A DNA stretch of 64,000 nucleotides from Oligoflexia bacterium. Lineage in GTDB: Bacteria; Bdellovibrionota; UBA1018; CAIPTA01; JAALKR01. The notes under the pieces are model-generated. The model was not told the origin of the DNA. It was given only the letters and a program-made list of their open reading frames with translations, and ran no database searches. The stretch lies in assembly GCA_011087955.1 (NCBI GenBank), contig JAALKR010000001.1, forward strand, positions 38,449-102,448. The letters run 5' to 3'. Positions 20,648-30,968 of the stretch are shown in pieces. The stretch's first letter is position 1. Every line of letters begins with the position of its first letter. The translations under genes were made by a program, and so were the position numbers.

Positions 20648-22381
20648 GTGAACCCTTGGAGCAAATTTTGTGGCCCTGTACTAGCCTTATGCTTTTTAAA
20701 TGCATGTGCTACTAGTCCGTCTGGACTAAGAGATAAAGCACGGGACCATTTCCTACGTGGGGAGTTTCAAGCCGCTGAAACGGAGACTCTAAACCCCGCA
20801 ATCATTAAAGAATCCAAGAGCCACCTCCTTACCCTACTAGAGCTTGGTGCGATTGCTCACTACAGCGGTTCTCTAGAAAAATCGAACGAATATTTTTTCC
20901 GCGCTAAACGACTAGCACGGCGTTTATATACAAAATCGATTCGAGAACAAGTTGCGACAGGTTTGATTAATGACAATGCCGCATCTTATGTCGGAATGGA
21001 TTATGAGATTTCAATGATGCATTATTATATTGCATTAAATTTTCTATTTCTCTCGCAAACCGAGACCATCCCTGCCTGGTCCATGAGAGAGGTGAAAGAT
21101 GGCGATAATATTATTTTCCCGGCCAAGACCATTGCAGCCCGCACACTAAATCGCCAAACTCAAGTTGATTTTCTTGGCAAGGCGCGATCTGAGCTTTTAG
21201 ATTGGAATGCGTTCCTGCAAACCGTTCGAAATAGTAATCGTGGCAAACCGTATTTCAAAGATGACCTTCTCAATAAAGTTGTCGCGGCCTATATCCATCG
21301 CATAATTGGCAGTTCCCGTGATAAAAATATCGCAAGTGTGCTCTATAAGGATGCGGAAAATATTCTCATAAAAGCTTATAGTGCCTACCCTTCTTTCAAT
21401 CAAAAAAGCGCCAATTACATCGATAACTACAAGCGATTTTCCAGCCTTGGAATGCAAGCTGTTCGCGATCGATTTATTACAAAAACCGCACATTATGAGC
21501 ACACAATAGCTCTCATTAAAAATAGCCACAAGAAACTGCGCTCCTCAAAACGATCGATCCATTATATTCTTGAGTTCGGCGCTATTTCGCCGCGAAAAGA
21601 AAAGCGCTTTGTCATCGGGCTCAGTACCCTATTCAAAAATATTAAGGAACCGAAACTCCGACAAGCTGTGGAAGAATTATCCACTCATACTATCCTCTAC
21701 CTGGCTCCAGAATTTGGTCTGACCGTCGTCGCTGCAGCGGTTGTTGGTTCAGCAGTTGACTCTGCTGGCTCTAGAAAAGGCCAAGCACAACCATATTTAA
21801 CCGATACTGTAGATTCTGTAATTGGCTTTGAGTTTTACCTTCCAGAGATCCCAAAAGACCCAATCAAATACCAATTTGAATTACGCTTCACCAATGCAGC
21901 AACTAATGCGAACACAGTGGTTCCAGTTGGCCTTCTCATGCCACTAAACGATATCGCTAGATTTAATGTCGAGCGCCGTGCAACCGCCGTTGCATTTAAA
22001 ACTGGCCTCCGCGTTGGTCTAAAATATCTTGCGGCACTTGTTCCTGCAATCTACACCTACAACAAGGTTGATGGAGGCAAATTCATTAAAATGCTAGTGG
22101 CTTCAGCCATATGGGCTACAGGTAAGAAAATCGTCGACTCCTCGGAATCAGCAGATATCCGCTCCTGGAACTTGCTGCCAAAGTGGATCGGTGGAATCGA
22201 AGTACAATTGGAACCAGGTAACTATACTGTGACGGCAATTGCCATCGACGATGGAAATCGTAAAGAAACTCCCCTAGGTTCCATAGTCGTGGACGAAAAG
22301 CCTAACCGAAAAATATTCAAAGGGCGTATTCTTTCTGAGGATAATCTTGAAAGCTTGTCCACAATGCATATCATTGAGTAG
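20648..22381 (+). CDS. COG3014-like TPR lipoprotein
   Basis: Lipobox LNAC, LLELG...S, Y.G.DYE, ADIRSWNLLP; usual neighbour of LpoB-like genes. Confidence 0.7.
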   Translation: MNPWSKFCGPVLALCFLNACATSPSGLRDKARDHFLRGEFQAAETETLNPAIIKESKSHLLTLLELGAIAHYSGSLEKSNEYFFRAKRLARRLYTKSIREQVATGLINDNAASYVGMDYEISMMHYYIALNFLFLSQTETIPAWSMREVKDGDNIIFPAKTIAARTLNRQTQVDFLGKARSELLDWNAFLQTVRNSNRGKPYFKDDLLNKVVAAYIHRIIGSSRDKNIASVLYKDAENILIKAYSAYPSFNQKSANYIDNYKRFSSLGMQAVRDRFITKTAHYEHTIALIKNSHKKLRSSKRSIHYILEFGAISPRKEKRFVIGLSTLFKNIKEPKLRQAVEELSTHTILYLAPEFGLTVVAAAVVGSAVDSAGSRKGQAQPYLTDTVDSVIGFEFYLPEIPKDPIKYQFELRFTNAATNANTVVPVGLLMPLNDIARFNVERRATAVAFKTGLRVGLKYLAALVPAIYTYNKVDGGKFIKMLVASAIWATGKKIVDSSESADIRSWNLLPKWIGGIEVQLEPGNYTVTAIAIDDGNRKETPLGSIVVDEKPNRKIFKGRILSEDNLESLSTMHIIE

Positions 22382-22412
22382 GACCATAGATCGAGTCAGG
22401 AAAAAACATTGA

Positions 22413-24410
22413 ATGTTTTTATCAAATCGTAATCAACTAAATAGAAACCTGGTATCAACCTTTCCTCGTGTTTTTTCATCGATACTCTTACTGCTCATGA
22501 TTTGGAGTTTTTGGTCAGGCGGGTTAGATCCAGACGTACTATTCCCTATTTATGGATATATACCGGTTATTGCAGCAGTTCTTACCATCTTAGTTTTTTC
22601 CGAAGCGGCTGGCTCTATTTTGCTCACTCGCTTTAAAGAGCACTCTTTAGACCTACGAATACTGACTGGAGCTTTATTCTTTTCTAGCTTCACCACCGTA
22701 TTGGGACTCGTTGGATTCATTGGCTCTACCTCAGTGTGGTTATTTTATGTCGTTGCCATCTTTCTTGCGTTCCTTGCAGACTGGCTCTGTCCATCTCTAA
22801 TGTCAAAGCCAAGCCAGGGCTTGTTAAAAGAATTTAATTGGAACCAAATAGCTTTGGCACTTCTTTTGGTAGTTTTCGGTTTTTTTATTCTCTTCCCAAC
22901 CCGTCACCCTGATCCTTTGTACTATCACATGCGTGCACCGTTGCTCTGGTATCTAAGCGGAAAGGTTTATTTTGACCCAAGCAACCCTCTCTTATTTTTA
23001 GCTGGACTCTGGGAGTCTTTTTATTTGTTTGCAATGCACATCCTTCCAGCAAAAAGAGGAATGGGTTTAATCGAACACCAGTTGTTATTTCAAATTCTTC
23101 ACTTTTGTGCCGGAGGAATAGTCACTATTTCCTTATTGCAGAAATTTTCTGAGCGAATCTTTAGCATACATCGAGGCTATTATCTATGGTGCGTAGTATT
23201 GTTACTTTGCTGCCTTCCATTCAATGAAACAATTTCCTTAGCAAAGAACGATTGGGGTGTAATGGCGTTTTCTTTAGCGTGCTTCTTGTTTCTGCATAGC
23301 TACTTGAATAATCAAAAACGATTTTATCTATTTTTTGCTGGTGCTTTTGCTGGTGCAATCTTAGCTTCGAAGCTATCTCACTTTGTAATTACTTTTCTAT
23401 TTTCCCTTGCTCTCATTGTAGTTCATCAAAAAAAGCTAGAGCGCTCATTTTTTATTCCAATTTCTCTCTTGATCCTCGGTGGACTGACCGGACTAGCTCC
23501 TATCGTCGCACGAAATCTAATCCATGTGGGGACACCTTTATTTCCTTTTGGGGACTACAAGCTCCTTTCCCCGACAGACCAGTTACTTTTTACTTCATTT
23601 ATTTCAAGCCCTGGCAAGTTAACACTAAGTGAATATGGGCACTTTGCTCTAGATCTGCTATTTCTGTTGCCATCTTTGCCGCTATTATTTTTGCACTTAA
23701 ATCCCAACAGAAAAAAAGAGTTCATTCTAGTTTTACCACTGCTAGTGAGTTTTCTTTATTTTTGGCAGTTCCATACACCGGTCCTGAATTGGCGATTGCT
23801 AGGTGTATTTTTTCCGATTGCAATTTTTTTCGTAGCAATTTCTCTACGGCAGTATTTAGATCCTCTTCATCGATTATTGCCATTTATGGCATTTGGCATT
23901 CTATCCATCGTTACCTTTTTTAGTTCCAATTCCTATTCCACTTATCTTAACAAAATTTGGCAACTCGATAATCCATCGTTAATGATCCGGGAACATTTCG
24001 CCGGAGACGCCATGGCTTGGTTCCGAATGAGGGAAGAAGAGCCTCGATCTATTTATTTCGGTGGGAACGTCTATTTGTACTACCTATATGATATGGATGT
24101 AAAGACAGTCGAATCCGACTATGTCGTGGACAATATAATGCACTCTCTCGAGTTAGGAGAAGAGAGGATTCGTGCATTGGCAGACATGAGGGCTAAATTT
24201 TTTGTAGAAACCCGCCTCGGCTCAGGACATATGCGAAGTACAGCCCGCTTACTCAATCCGATCATTAATCGCTGCCAAGAGTGCGTGCTATTCACCGGAA
24301 AACGAAGTCGAATTGCAAGTATTCCCAATCTTCTTTCCTTTATTTCTCAAAAAAACTACAAGCCCGAGCCTAAAGTGAAGTTGAGACACGTCATCTTTAA
24401 ACAGAAATAG
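22413..24410 (+). CDS. Polytopic membrane protein, probable GT-C-type glycosyltransferase
   Basis: Many TM helices; DPLYYH, KND, GTPLFPF motifs. Confidence 0.55.
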   Translation: MFLSNRNQLNRNLVSTFPRVFSSILLLLMIWSFWSGGLDPDVLFPIYGYIPVIAAVLTILVFSEAAGSILLTRFKEHSLDLRILTGALFFSSFTTVLGLVGFIGSTSVWLFYVVAIFLAFLADWLCPSLMSKPSQGLLKEFNWNQIALALLLVVFGFFILFPTRHPDPLYYHMRAPLLWYLSGKVYFDPSNPLLFLAGLWESFYLFAMHILPAKRGMGLIEHQLLFQILHFCAGGIVTISLLQKFSERIFSIHRGYYLWCVVLLLCCLPFNETISLAKNDWGVMAFSLACFLFLHSYLNNQKRFYLFFAGAFAGAILASKLSHFVITFLFSLALIVVHQKKLERSFFIPISLLILGGLTGLAPIVARNLIHVGTPLFPFGDYKLLSPTDQLLFTSFISSPGKLTLSEYGHFALDLLFLLPSLPLLFLHLNPNRKKEFILVLPLLVSFLYFWQFHTPVLNWRLLGVFFPIAIFFVAISLRQYLDPLHRLLPFMAFGILSIVTFFSSNSYSTYLNKIWQLDNPSLMIREHFAGDAMAWFRMREEEPRSIYFGGNVYLYYLYDMDVKTVESDYVVDNIMHSLELGEERIRALADMRAKFFVETRLGSGHMRSTARLLNPIINRCQECVLFTGKRSRIASIPNLLSFISQKNYKPEPKVKLRHVIFKQK

Positions 24411-24466
24411 CCTCCTCTACAAAAAATGATATAGACAAAGAATCGAGAAGTTGGCACATTCTAAAC

Positions 24467-24946
24467 ATGTCTACAGAAAACAAAGCGTCCTTAATCCTAA
24501 CCGTACAGCTTGTTCTAATTTTCTTTATATTATCAGGGCCATATTTTGAGCACAGGTTTTACGATGTTTCTCTACAGCCTTTTACTTGGTATAAATCACT
24601 AGGCTTAATTTTAGTCTCTCTTGGAACCACACTTTTTCTCGCTTCCATCTCAGCTATGGGAAAGAATTTTGAAGTCAGAGCCAAACAGCGCAATAAATCA
24701 ACACTGGTTCGTCGCTGGCCATTCTCGATAGTACGAAACCCTGTCTACTTGTTCGGGACCATTATGAGCTTTGGTTGGTCTATTTCGTTCTATTCCTATA
24801 TTTCCTTTGTCACGACTACTCTGATGCTCTTAACGCTCATATCTAAAATTAAATTGGAAGAATACTTTTTGATTGAGAAATTCGGAGATGAGTACCAAAA
24901 GTACATGCAAGAAGTTCCTCGTCTGTTTCCAAGTAAAATATGGTGA
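24467..24946 (+). CDS. Isoprenylcysteine carboxyl-methyltransferase/PEMT family membrane protein
   Basis: PFSIVRNPVY, EE.FL..KFGDEYQKY...VPRLFP. Confidence 0.85.
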   Translation: MSTENKASLILTVQLVLIFFILSGPYFEHRFYDVSLQPFTWYKSLGLILVSLGTTLFLASISAMGKNFEVRAKQRNKSTLVRRWPFSIVRNPVYLFGTIMSFGWSISFYSYISFVTTTLMLLTLISKIKLEEYFLIEKFGDEYQKYMQEVPRLFPSKIW

Positions 24947-24950
24947 ACTT

Positions 24951-25883
24951 CTATATCTCAAGAAATAATTCAAGAATTTCGTTTGCTGTCTCAGGTTGAG
25001 CCTTCGGTTGGTTTTTAGATTGAGCTCTCATCTTGAGGCCCGCCCACTTTAAATACTCAGTAAAAACCCTTTTTCTCGTGCTGTCTTCCGCTAAATCCTT
25101 TGCTAACAAGGCAAAGCTACCTCGAGATTTGCTTAATTTTTGCCCTTTTTCATCACTAAGCAAAGAGTGTTGGAGAAACCTAGCCTTTCCGAATTGTTCC
25201 AAATTTAGCCTTTTGGCTAAGTCTAACTGGGTTGCTGTGGATTCCAACAAGTCTTCGCCGCGAATCACAAGGTCTATTTGATTTCGAGTATCTTCTAACA
25301 AGGAAACTAAGTGATACGCTGGAATCTGATCGCGCCGACGGACGATATAATCACCGCATATCTCTCTAAGGTCGTATTCTCGCTCTCCGAGTAAAAAATC
25401 GCTCACAATTATTTTTGAATTCTCCTCAATAAGCATTCGCCAAGAAACATCAGAGTCTGTTAATGGAATGCCTTTATCTCTGCAAGTTCCTGAGTATGCA
25501 TTGCCCTCAAATTTACCCAACTGCTTCCGACTGCACTCGCAGGCAAAAACCTTCTCTTCCGGTCCAAGCTTTCGTTGCAATTCATTGAGATAATAGGTGA
25601 AATGGTTTGGTTGCGAATAATTCGATTTATGTTCCGAAAGAGAGCTTGGGCCAAAGTCCCAATCAATCCCTAGGGCTTGAAGCTGTTCGATTATGCCTTC
25701 AATGAACTCGTCTTTGCAGCGATCCACATCTAAGTCATCAATGCGTAATAGAATTGAGCCTGAGTGTGCACGGGCAATGACCCAAGTATGCAAGGCAGAT
25801 AGTAGGTTTCCCAAATGGAGAAAGCCGCTAGCTGAAGGGGCTATCCTTGTTCGACAGCCTTTCCAAGACTCTTGATATTCCAG
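24951..25883 (-). CDS. gluQ: Glutamyl-Q tRNA(Asp) synthetase (GluRS catalytic-domain paralog)
   Basis: RIAPSASGFLHLGN (upstream of the called ORF start), LRIDDLD, CECSR..Y..C, IRGEDL, KLSKS; no anticodon domain; probable CTG start at 25883. Confidence 0.8.
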   Translation of the reverse strand: MEYQESWKGCRTRIAPSASGFLHLGNLLSALHTWVIARAHSGSILLRIDDLDVDRCKDEFIEGIIEQLQALGIDWDFGPSSLSEHKSNYSQPNHFTYYLNELQRKLGPEEKVFACECSRKQLGKFEGNAYSGTCRDKGIPLTDSDVSWRMLIEENSKIIVSDFLLGEREYDLREICGDYIVRRRDQIPAYHLVSLLEDTRNQIDLVIRGEDLLESTATQLDLAKRLNLEQFGKARFLQHSLLSDEKGQKLSKSRGSFALLAKDLAEDSTRKRVFTEYLKWAGLKMRAQSKNQPKAQPETANEILELFLEI

Positions 25884-25892
25884 GCTTGCTCC

Positions 25893-27044
25893 CTAAAATT
25901 TCGCATTTTTGCTGAGATCATATAGCTTCAAGATGGTTTTCTTGCGTTTTCCTTTACGCACATAATGAACACTTACTTCATCGCCCACATTTTTGCCTTC
26001 CAGGGCATTATACAGGTCATCATAGTTTTTTACTTCCTTGTCATCAATGCCGATGATCACATCACCTAGAATGGTTTCACGATTGACTATTGTTAACCCT
26101 TTTAGGCCAGCCTTCGCCGCAGGAGTTCCTCGCAAGACTGAGCGAATGATTACGCCTTCCACACCGAAATAGGCTCGCGCCACATGGTCGGGGATTCGTT
26201 GGAAGCCTAGCCCAGGCTGCTGCACTTTACCAGTGCGAATGATTTCTGTGACAACACGATTGATCGTGTTAGCCGGAACGGCAAACCCAATTCCCGCCGA
26301 AGCTCCGGTACGGGAAAAAATCGCTGTATTCATACCAATCAAATAGCCTCGACTGTCTAATAAAGGCCCGCCGGAGTTTCCTGGGTTAATCGACGCGTCG
26401 GTTTGAATCATATCGCGAATTGTAACTCCTCCGATCGATGGGACGCTCCGGCCTAGTGCGGATATCACTCCGATGGTTAATGACAGATCTAGTCCAAATG
26501 GATTACCAATGGCTAGGGTCTTCTGCCCTACTAACAGAGTTTGTGAATCCGTAAGTCTCTTGTTAAAGGTGTTTTTGAGTTCGGGGAGCTTGCCCTTAAT
26601 TCGCAGTACCGCTATATCTTTGCGTGGTTCTGCTCCTATAACCTTCGCCTCATAGGCTTTTCCACCTTTCACCGTCACTGTAATCCTTGCGGCCCCATGT
26701 ACGACATGAAAATTTGTAACGATATGACCGTGCTCATCCCAGACAAACCCAGAGCCCGCTCCAGTCTTTATCTCTGTTTCGTCCATGGAGAAAAAATTTC
26801 GACGTTGCTGCAAGTTATCTACGTATACAACGAGCGGAGCAGTCTTTTTGAAGACCTTAATAGAATTTTTTTCTGTTTCTAATAGAGCGCTCTTTACAAC
26901 TGGGTTTGGTGGGAATTTCCCTGTTGCAGCGCGACTGATTTTAATTGGCGAAGAAAGCACGGGCACAACGGCGAGGCCTACTAGGCTTAATAGAATGAGA
27001 CAGGCTGGGGCAATAAAATAAGTTTTAACTTGAAATCGAGGCAT
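25893..27044 (-). CDS. HtrA/DegS-type serine protease (trypsin domain plus one PDZ)
   Basis: GSGFVWD, TNFHVV, DIAVL, IQTDASINPGNSGGPL; start placed at MPRFQ. Confidence 0.92.
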   Translation of the reverse strand: MPRFQVKTYFIAPACLILLSLVGLAVVPVLSSPIKISRAATGKFPPNPVVKSALLETEKNSIKVFKKTAPLVVYVDNLQQRRNFFSMDETEIKTGAGSGFVWDEHGHIVTNFHVVHGAARITVTVKGGKAYEAKVIGAEPRKDIAVLRIKGKLPELKNTFNKRLTDSQTLLVGQKTLAIGNPFGLDLSLTIGVISALGRSVPSIGGVTIRDMIQTDASINPGNSGGPLLDSRGYLIGMNTAIFSRTGASAGIGFAVPANTINRVVTEIIRTGKVQQPGLGFQRIPDHVARAYFGVEGVIIRSVLRGTPAAKAGLKGLTIVNRETILGDVIIGIDDKEVKNYDDLYNALEGKNVGDEVSVHYVRKGKRKKTILKLYDLSKNAKF

Positions 27045-27225
27045 ATACGAGGCTCCTTCAGAACTATGCAACCACGCACGGATCCAACTACGTACGGCTA
27101 TCCATGCCCGGTTATTATTAGCAAATTCTCTGCCGTTTGCAATTATCCTTGTTTTTGGACCAAATAGGGGGTTAGATGGAGAGGTTAGGTAGGGGAAAAC
27201 TTGTTGAATAAAAGGGAGTAGTTTT

Positions 27226-27939
27226 ATGCAGTTAACCAGCCGACTTTTGGGTGTGGCTTCGAGGACTAGTAATTTTTGGGTGCCATGCTTTGCAGTTATT
27301 GGTCTATTCTTTGGGGCAGCGTGTACGGATGCGGCAAAGAAAGGTAAGGGCTCTCCTGCGCCAGATAAACCGGAGGCCTCGATGAATAACTCTAGTAGCG
27401 ATATGAAAGCACCGGAAAAATTTGTTGTGGAACTTAATACAACAAAAGGAAAAATCAATATTGAAATTAACCGTAAGTCAGCTCCAAAAGGTGTCGACCG
27501 GTTTTATACCCTGGTCAAAAAAGGCTTCTTTGAAGAGATTGCCTTCTTCCGCGTGGTCTCTGGATTCGTGGCCCAGTTCGGTATTCATGGAGATCCATCA
27601 GTTTCAAAAAAATGGAAGCAAAAAAAAATTATAGACGACCCAGTTAAAGGCTCTAATAGGAAGGGTACTTTGACTTTTGCTACTGCTGGTCCAAATACTC
27701 GAACAACTCAACTCTTTTTGAACCTAAACGACAATTCTCGTTTGGACGGAATGGGATTTGCTTCCTTTGGAGAGGTCACAAAGGGAATGGACATTGTGAT
27801 GAAGCTATATAGCGGTTACGGCGAGGGTGCCCCCATGGGAAGCGGCCCCTCTCAAGGAAAAATTCAGGCGCAAGGAAATACTTACTTGAAGAAAGACTTT
27901 GCTAAGCTCGACTATATTAAGTCTGCGATCATTAAATAA
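27226..27939 (+). CDS. Cyclophilin-type peptidyl-prolyl isomerase (probable lipoprotein)
   Basis: FFRVVSGFVAQFG, AGPNTRTTQLFLN, FGEVTKGMD; GAAC lipobox-like. Confidence 0.9.
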   Translation: MQLTSRLLGVASRTSNFWVPCFAVIGLFFGAACTDAAKKGKGSPAPDKPEASMNNSSSDMKAPEKFVVELNTTKGKINIEINRKSAPKGVDRFYTLVKKGFFEEIAFFRVVSGFVAQFGIHGDPSVSKKWKQKKIIDDPVKGSNRKGTLTFATAGPNTRTTQLFLNLNDNSRLDGMGFASFGEVTKGMDIVMKLYSGYGEGAPMGSGPSQGKIQAQGNTYLKKDFAKLDYIKSAIIK

Positions 27940-27976
27940 ATCATTAGAGCTCAGACGTGACGAACTTGAGAGAATT

Positions 27977-29386
27977 ATGAATCAAAGCACACGTGCCCAT
28001 TGGAGTGGACGGATTGCGTTTATCTTAGCTGCCGCTGGTTCCGCAATTGGTCTAGGTAATATTTGGAAATTTCCGTATATCACGGGAGAAAACGGCGGTG
28101 GTGCTTTTGTCCTGATATACTTAGCCTGTGTTGCCGTTGTTGGTTTGCCAATATTGCTCGCTGAAGTGTATATCGGTCAAAAGGCACGACGAAACGCGGT
28201 TGAGGCATTTGAACTAACGCACAAGACGGGAACCTACTGGCGGGTTCCTGGTTGGCTTGGCTTAGCTTCCGCGTTTTTGATTTTATCTTTTTACTCCGTA
28301 GTCGGTGGCTGGATTCTTGATTTTGAATTTCGTTCAATCATTAATGAATTTGGTGGTAAGAGCGCCAATGAAATCAAAGGCACGCTTACGAGCTTATTTA
28401 CAAATTGGCCACGACAATTATTTTGGCACACCGTATTCATGTCTCTTACGGTTGCTATCGTACTCGGTGGTGTAAAGGATGGTTTAGAGCGTTGGAATAA
28501 AATCCTGATGCCGGCATTGCTAGCGCTTTTAGCTCTCCTATTAGTTCGAGTTATGTTCTTGCCAGGTTTTGGTCAGGCGATGAGCTTCCTGTTTTCACCG
28601 GATACATCGAAGCTAAAAGCTGCTGGAATTTTAGAAGCCGTCGGCCACTCCTTCTTTACGTTAAGCTTAGGCATGGGCGCTTTGATCACATACGGCTCCT
28701 ACCTTAAGAAGAAAGAGAGTCTACCAAAAATCGTTATAGCAGTCGCCTTCATAGATACAGCGATTGCCCTCGTAGCTGGAATTGTAATTTTTTCGATTGT
28801 CTATTCATTCAATATGGCACCAGGTGCAGGTCCAGGGCTGATCTTGGTAACGTTACCGACACTATTCTCACAAATGGCCGGCGGCTATATTATTTCGGTT
28901 GCATTCTTTTTGCTCGTTTCTTTTGCGGCATTAACTTCTGCGGTATCGATTTTAGAAACTATGGTTGCCTACTGGACTGAGAGTCACAATGTAGACCGCA
29001 AGAAAAGTGCCCTCATTGTTGGGGTTGTGATCTACCTTTTGGGGCTACTGTCAGTTTTCTCGACAAACCTACTAAACAGCCCCCAATTCAAAATGTTTGC
29101 TGGAACTTTACTTTCAAAAAATGGCCTGACATTCTTTGACCTCTTCGACAAATTAACTAGTTCCTATTTCCTACCGATTGGTGGTCTACTGATCGCCCTA
29201 TTCTTCGGTTGGATTTTGGGTGAAAAGGCAATAAAAGAAGCAACTAAATCTGATAACAAACTACTTAACAAAGGGCTATTGTGGTCGGCGCGAATTGTTG
29301 CACCGGGCGCTGTTCTAGATGTACTACTCAATTTGGTATTTGAGTGGAGCGTGCTTAGGTGGCTTTTCGGAATGGTTTTTGGCTAA
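27977..29386 (+). CDS. Sodium-dependent transporter, NSS/SNF family
   Basis: AAGSAIGLGNIWKFPY, GGGAF, FFTLSLGMG. Confidence 0.93.
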   Translation: MNQSTRAHWSGRIAFILAAAGSAIGLGNIWKFPYITGENGGGAFVLIYLACVAVVGLPILLAEVYIGQKARRNAVEAFELTHKTGTYWRVPGWLGLASAFLILSFYSVVGGWILDFEFRSIINEFGGKSANEIKGTLTSLFTNWPRQLFWHTVFMSLTVAIVLGGVKDGLERWNKILMPALLALLALLLVRVMFLPGFGQAMSFLFSPDTSKLKAAGILEAVGHSFFTLSLGMGALITYGSYLKKKESLPKIVIAVAFIDTAIALVAGIVIFSIVYSFNMAPGAGPGLILVTLPTLFSQMAGGYIISVAFFLLVSFAALTSAVSILETMVAYWTESHNVDRKKSALIVGVVIYLLGLLSVFSTNLLNSPQFKMFAGTLLSKNGLTFFDLFDKLTSSYFLPIGGLLIALFFGWILGEKAIKEATKSDNKLLNKGLLWSARIVAPGAVLDVLLNLVFEWSVLRWLFGMVFG

Positions 29387-30797
29387 ACCCGACTAGGATG
29401 CCACTAGTTAGGACGCTACTAGTAACGATCAGTCCTACATAAAAATCATCTAAACCAGCCCAAATTGGAGACCAGTTTGTTTTGTCCGCCAATCGCCAAT
29501 ACGTCATGGTTGCTGCCCCCAATAACGTCGCCGGCAAGAATTGTCTGTCGCCAACTTGATTCGGGCGCCAGTAGGCAAAGAGCAACGGAAAGAGTAAGCA
29601 AGCTGCTGAATACGACCCTAGAGTCTTCCAGATGTCTCGAATATCTCCTTCGAAAGCAAAGCTCATCACAATAGCTACTGCGCCAATGAATAAGATTCCC
29701 AAACGATGGGCCCAAATAGACTCACGCCAAGCCTTTGGTCCAAGATCGTGGGTAAGAGTTGTGCTAGCAACGAACAGGTAAGAGTCCAGGGTAGACAGAA
29801 TGGTTGCCAGGAGTCCAGCGATCATAAAGCCGCGCAATCCGTTCGGTAATATTTGAACTGCATAGGTCAAATAGGCTGTACCGGATTCAGCCTCAGGAAT
29901 CGCAGCTCGTGCATACATTCCTCCAAGGGTGGTGCAAATATCAAAGCCAAACCAAACTACCGTGCTCAATAAAATACCAGTCTTTGCCGTCCGTGTAGAG
30001 TTCGCAGCAAAACAGCGCTGGTAAAAATTCGGGTCCACTAAGGTCGAAAGCGCGATAAACCCCCAAACTAATGTCGTGGCTAATGAATGCTTCCCCAAAG
30101 GCTCAAAATGAGTAGATGGTAGCTTTGCCTTCAGATAAGTCCATCCGCCAAATTCATAGAGTGAAAAGGCGAGTACAAAAAAAACTGCGAAACACATCAC
30201 AAAAAATTGAACCAAGTCGGACAAAACAACGGCGCGAAAGCCTCCAAAAAAGGAGTAACCTAGCGCCAGGCTGACACCCAATATTACGGAAAATTCTAAG
30301 CTAATTCCAAATAAGGCTTGAATCAGTAATCCGACACTAATAGCGTAGGTGATTGGGATAACATTGAAAACGTTAAAAACTGCCGATATTTTTCCTGATC
30401 GATCCCCCACCATCTTAGTCACTAAATCCGGAAGAGTGACCGCTTGGTAATTACGAATTCTATTAACCAAAAAGAGAGCAAAAATAATATAAGTCACATA
30501 CCAAAAAGCACCCTGGGTAACGAAATTATAAACTCCATCCTCAAACGCAATTTGCGTAACACCAAAAATTCCGCCGTACCAAGTGGCAACTAAAGTCCCA
30601 ATGAATAGAGGCAATGTTAAGCGTCTGCCCATCAGCATGTAATCGAGAATTCCTGCCTCTGGAGATTTATCTGATTTTGAATCACGGATATTGCCCCAGA
30701 TCACGAGACCGACGGTTACCAAAAGCACGACAGAAAAAACTAGCCAATCCACAGGACTTAAGATTGAACTTAATTCTAATTTTGACCGAAGATTCAC
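29355..30797 (-). CDS. Sodium:solute symporter (SSS) family protein
   Basis: DYMLMGRRL, GGFRAVVLSDLVQF, YQRCFAA, LSTLDS; GTG 30797 after GGAGGAG. Confidence 0.88.
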   Translation of the reverse strand: MNLRSKLELSSILSPVDWLVFSVVLLVTVGLVIWGNIRDSKSDKSPEAGILDYMLMGRRLTLPLFIGTLVATWYGGIFGVTQIAFEDGVYNFVTQGAFWYVTYIIFALFLVNRIRNYQAVTLPDLVTKMVGDRSGKISAVFNVFNVIPITYAISVGLLIQALFGISLEFSVILGVSLALGYSFFGGFRAVVLSDLVQFFVMCFAVFFVLAFSLYEFGGWTYLKAKLPSTHFEPLGKHSLATTLVWGFIALSTLVDPNFYQRCFAANSTRTAKTGILLSTVVWFGFDICTTLGGMYARAAIPEAESGTAYLTYAVQILPNGLRGFMIAGLLATILSTLDSYLFVASTTLTHDLGPKAWRESIWAHRLGILFIGAVAIVMSFAFEGDIRDIWKTLGSYSAACLLFPLLFAYWRPNQVGDRQFLPATLLGAATMTYWRLADKTNWSPIWAGLDDFYVGLIVTSSVLTSGILVGFSQKPFRKAT

Positions 30798-30968
30798 AAC
30801 TCTCCTCCGCCGAATCAAGTGCCATTTTATAACAGGAACGAATGCATTATTCAATGAAGCCATTAAAATCACTGTATAGCTCTGGTGAAACTAATTTTGA
30901 CTGGAAAAACATCAATAAATTCAGTAGAACTCAGTTGGCTGAACTTCAACTTTTCTGAGGGAGGCAAC

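Noticed and set aside
24452..24467. TGGCAC upstream of the methyltransferase-family membrane gene as a sigma-54 promoter
   Set aside because: No GC at the -12 position
27045..27458. 138-aa N-terminal extension of the HtrA ORF
   Set aside because: It overlaps the cyclophilin gene in antisense; the signal/anchor segment begins at MPRFQ (27044)
30800..30965. Riboswitch upstream of the SSS symporter
   Set aside because: No TPP, FMN, SAM or other aptamer consensus recognised in this short AT-rich divergent region
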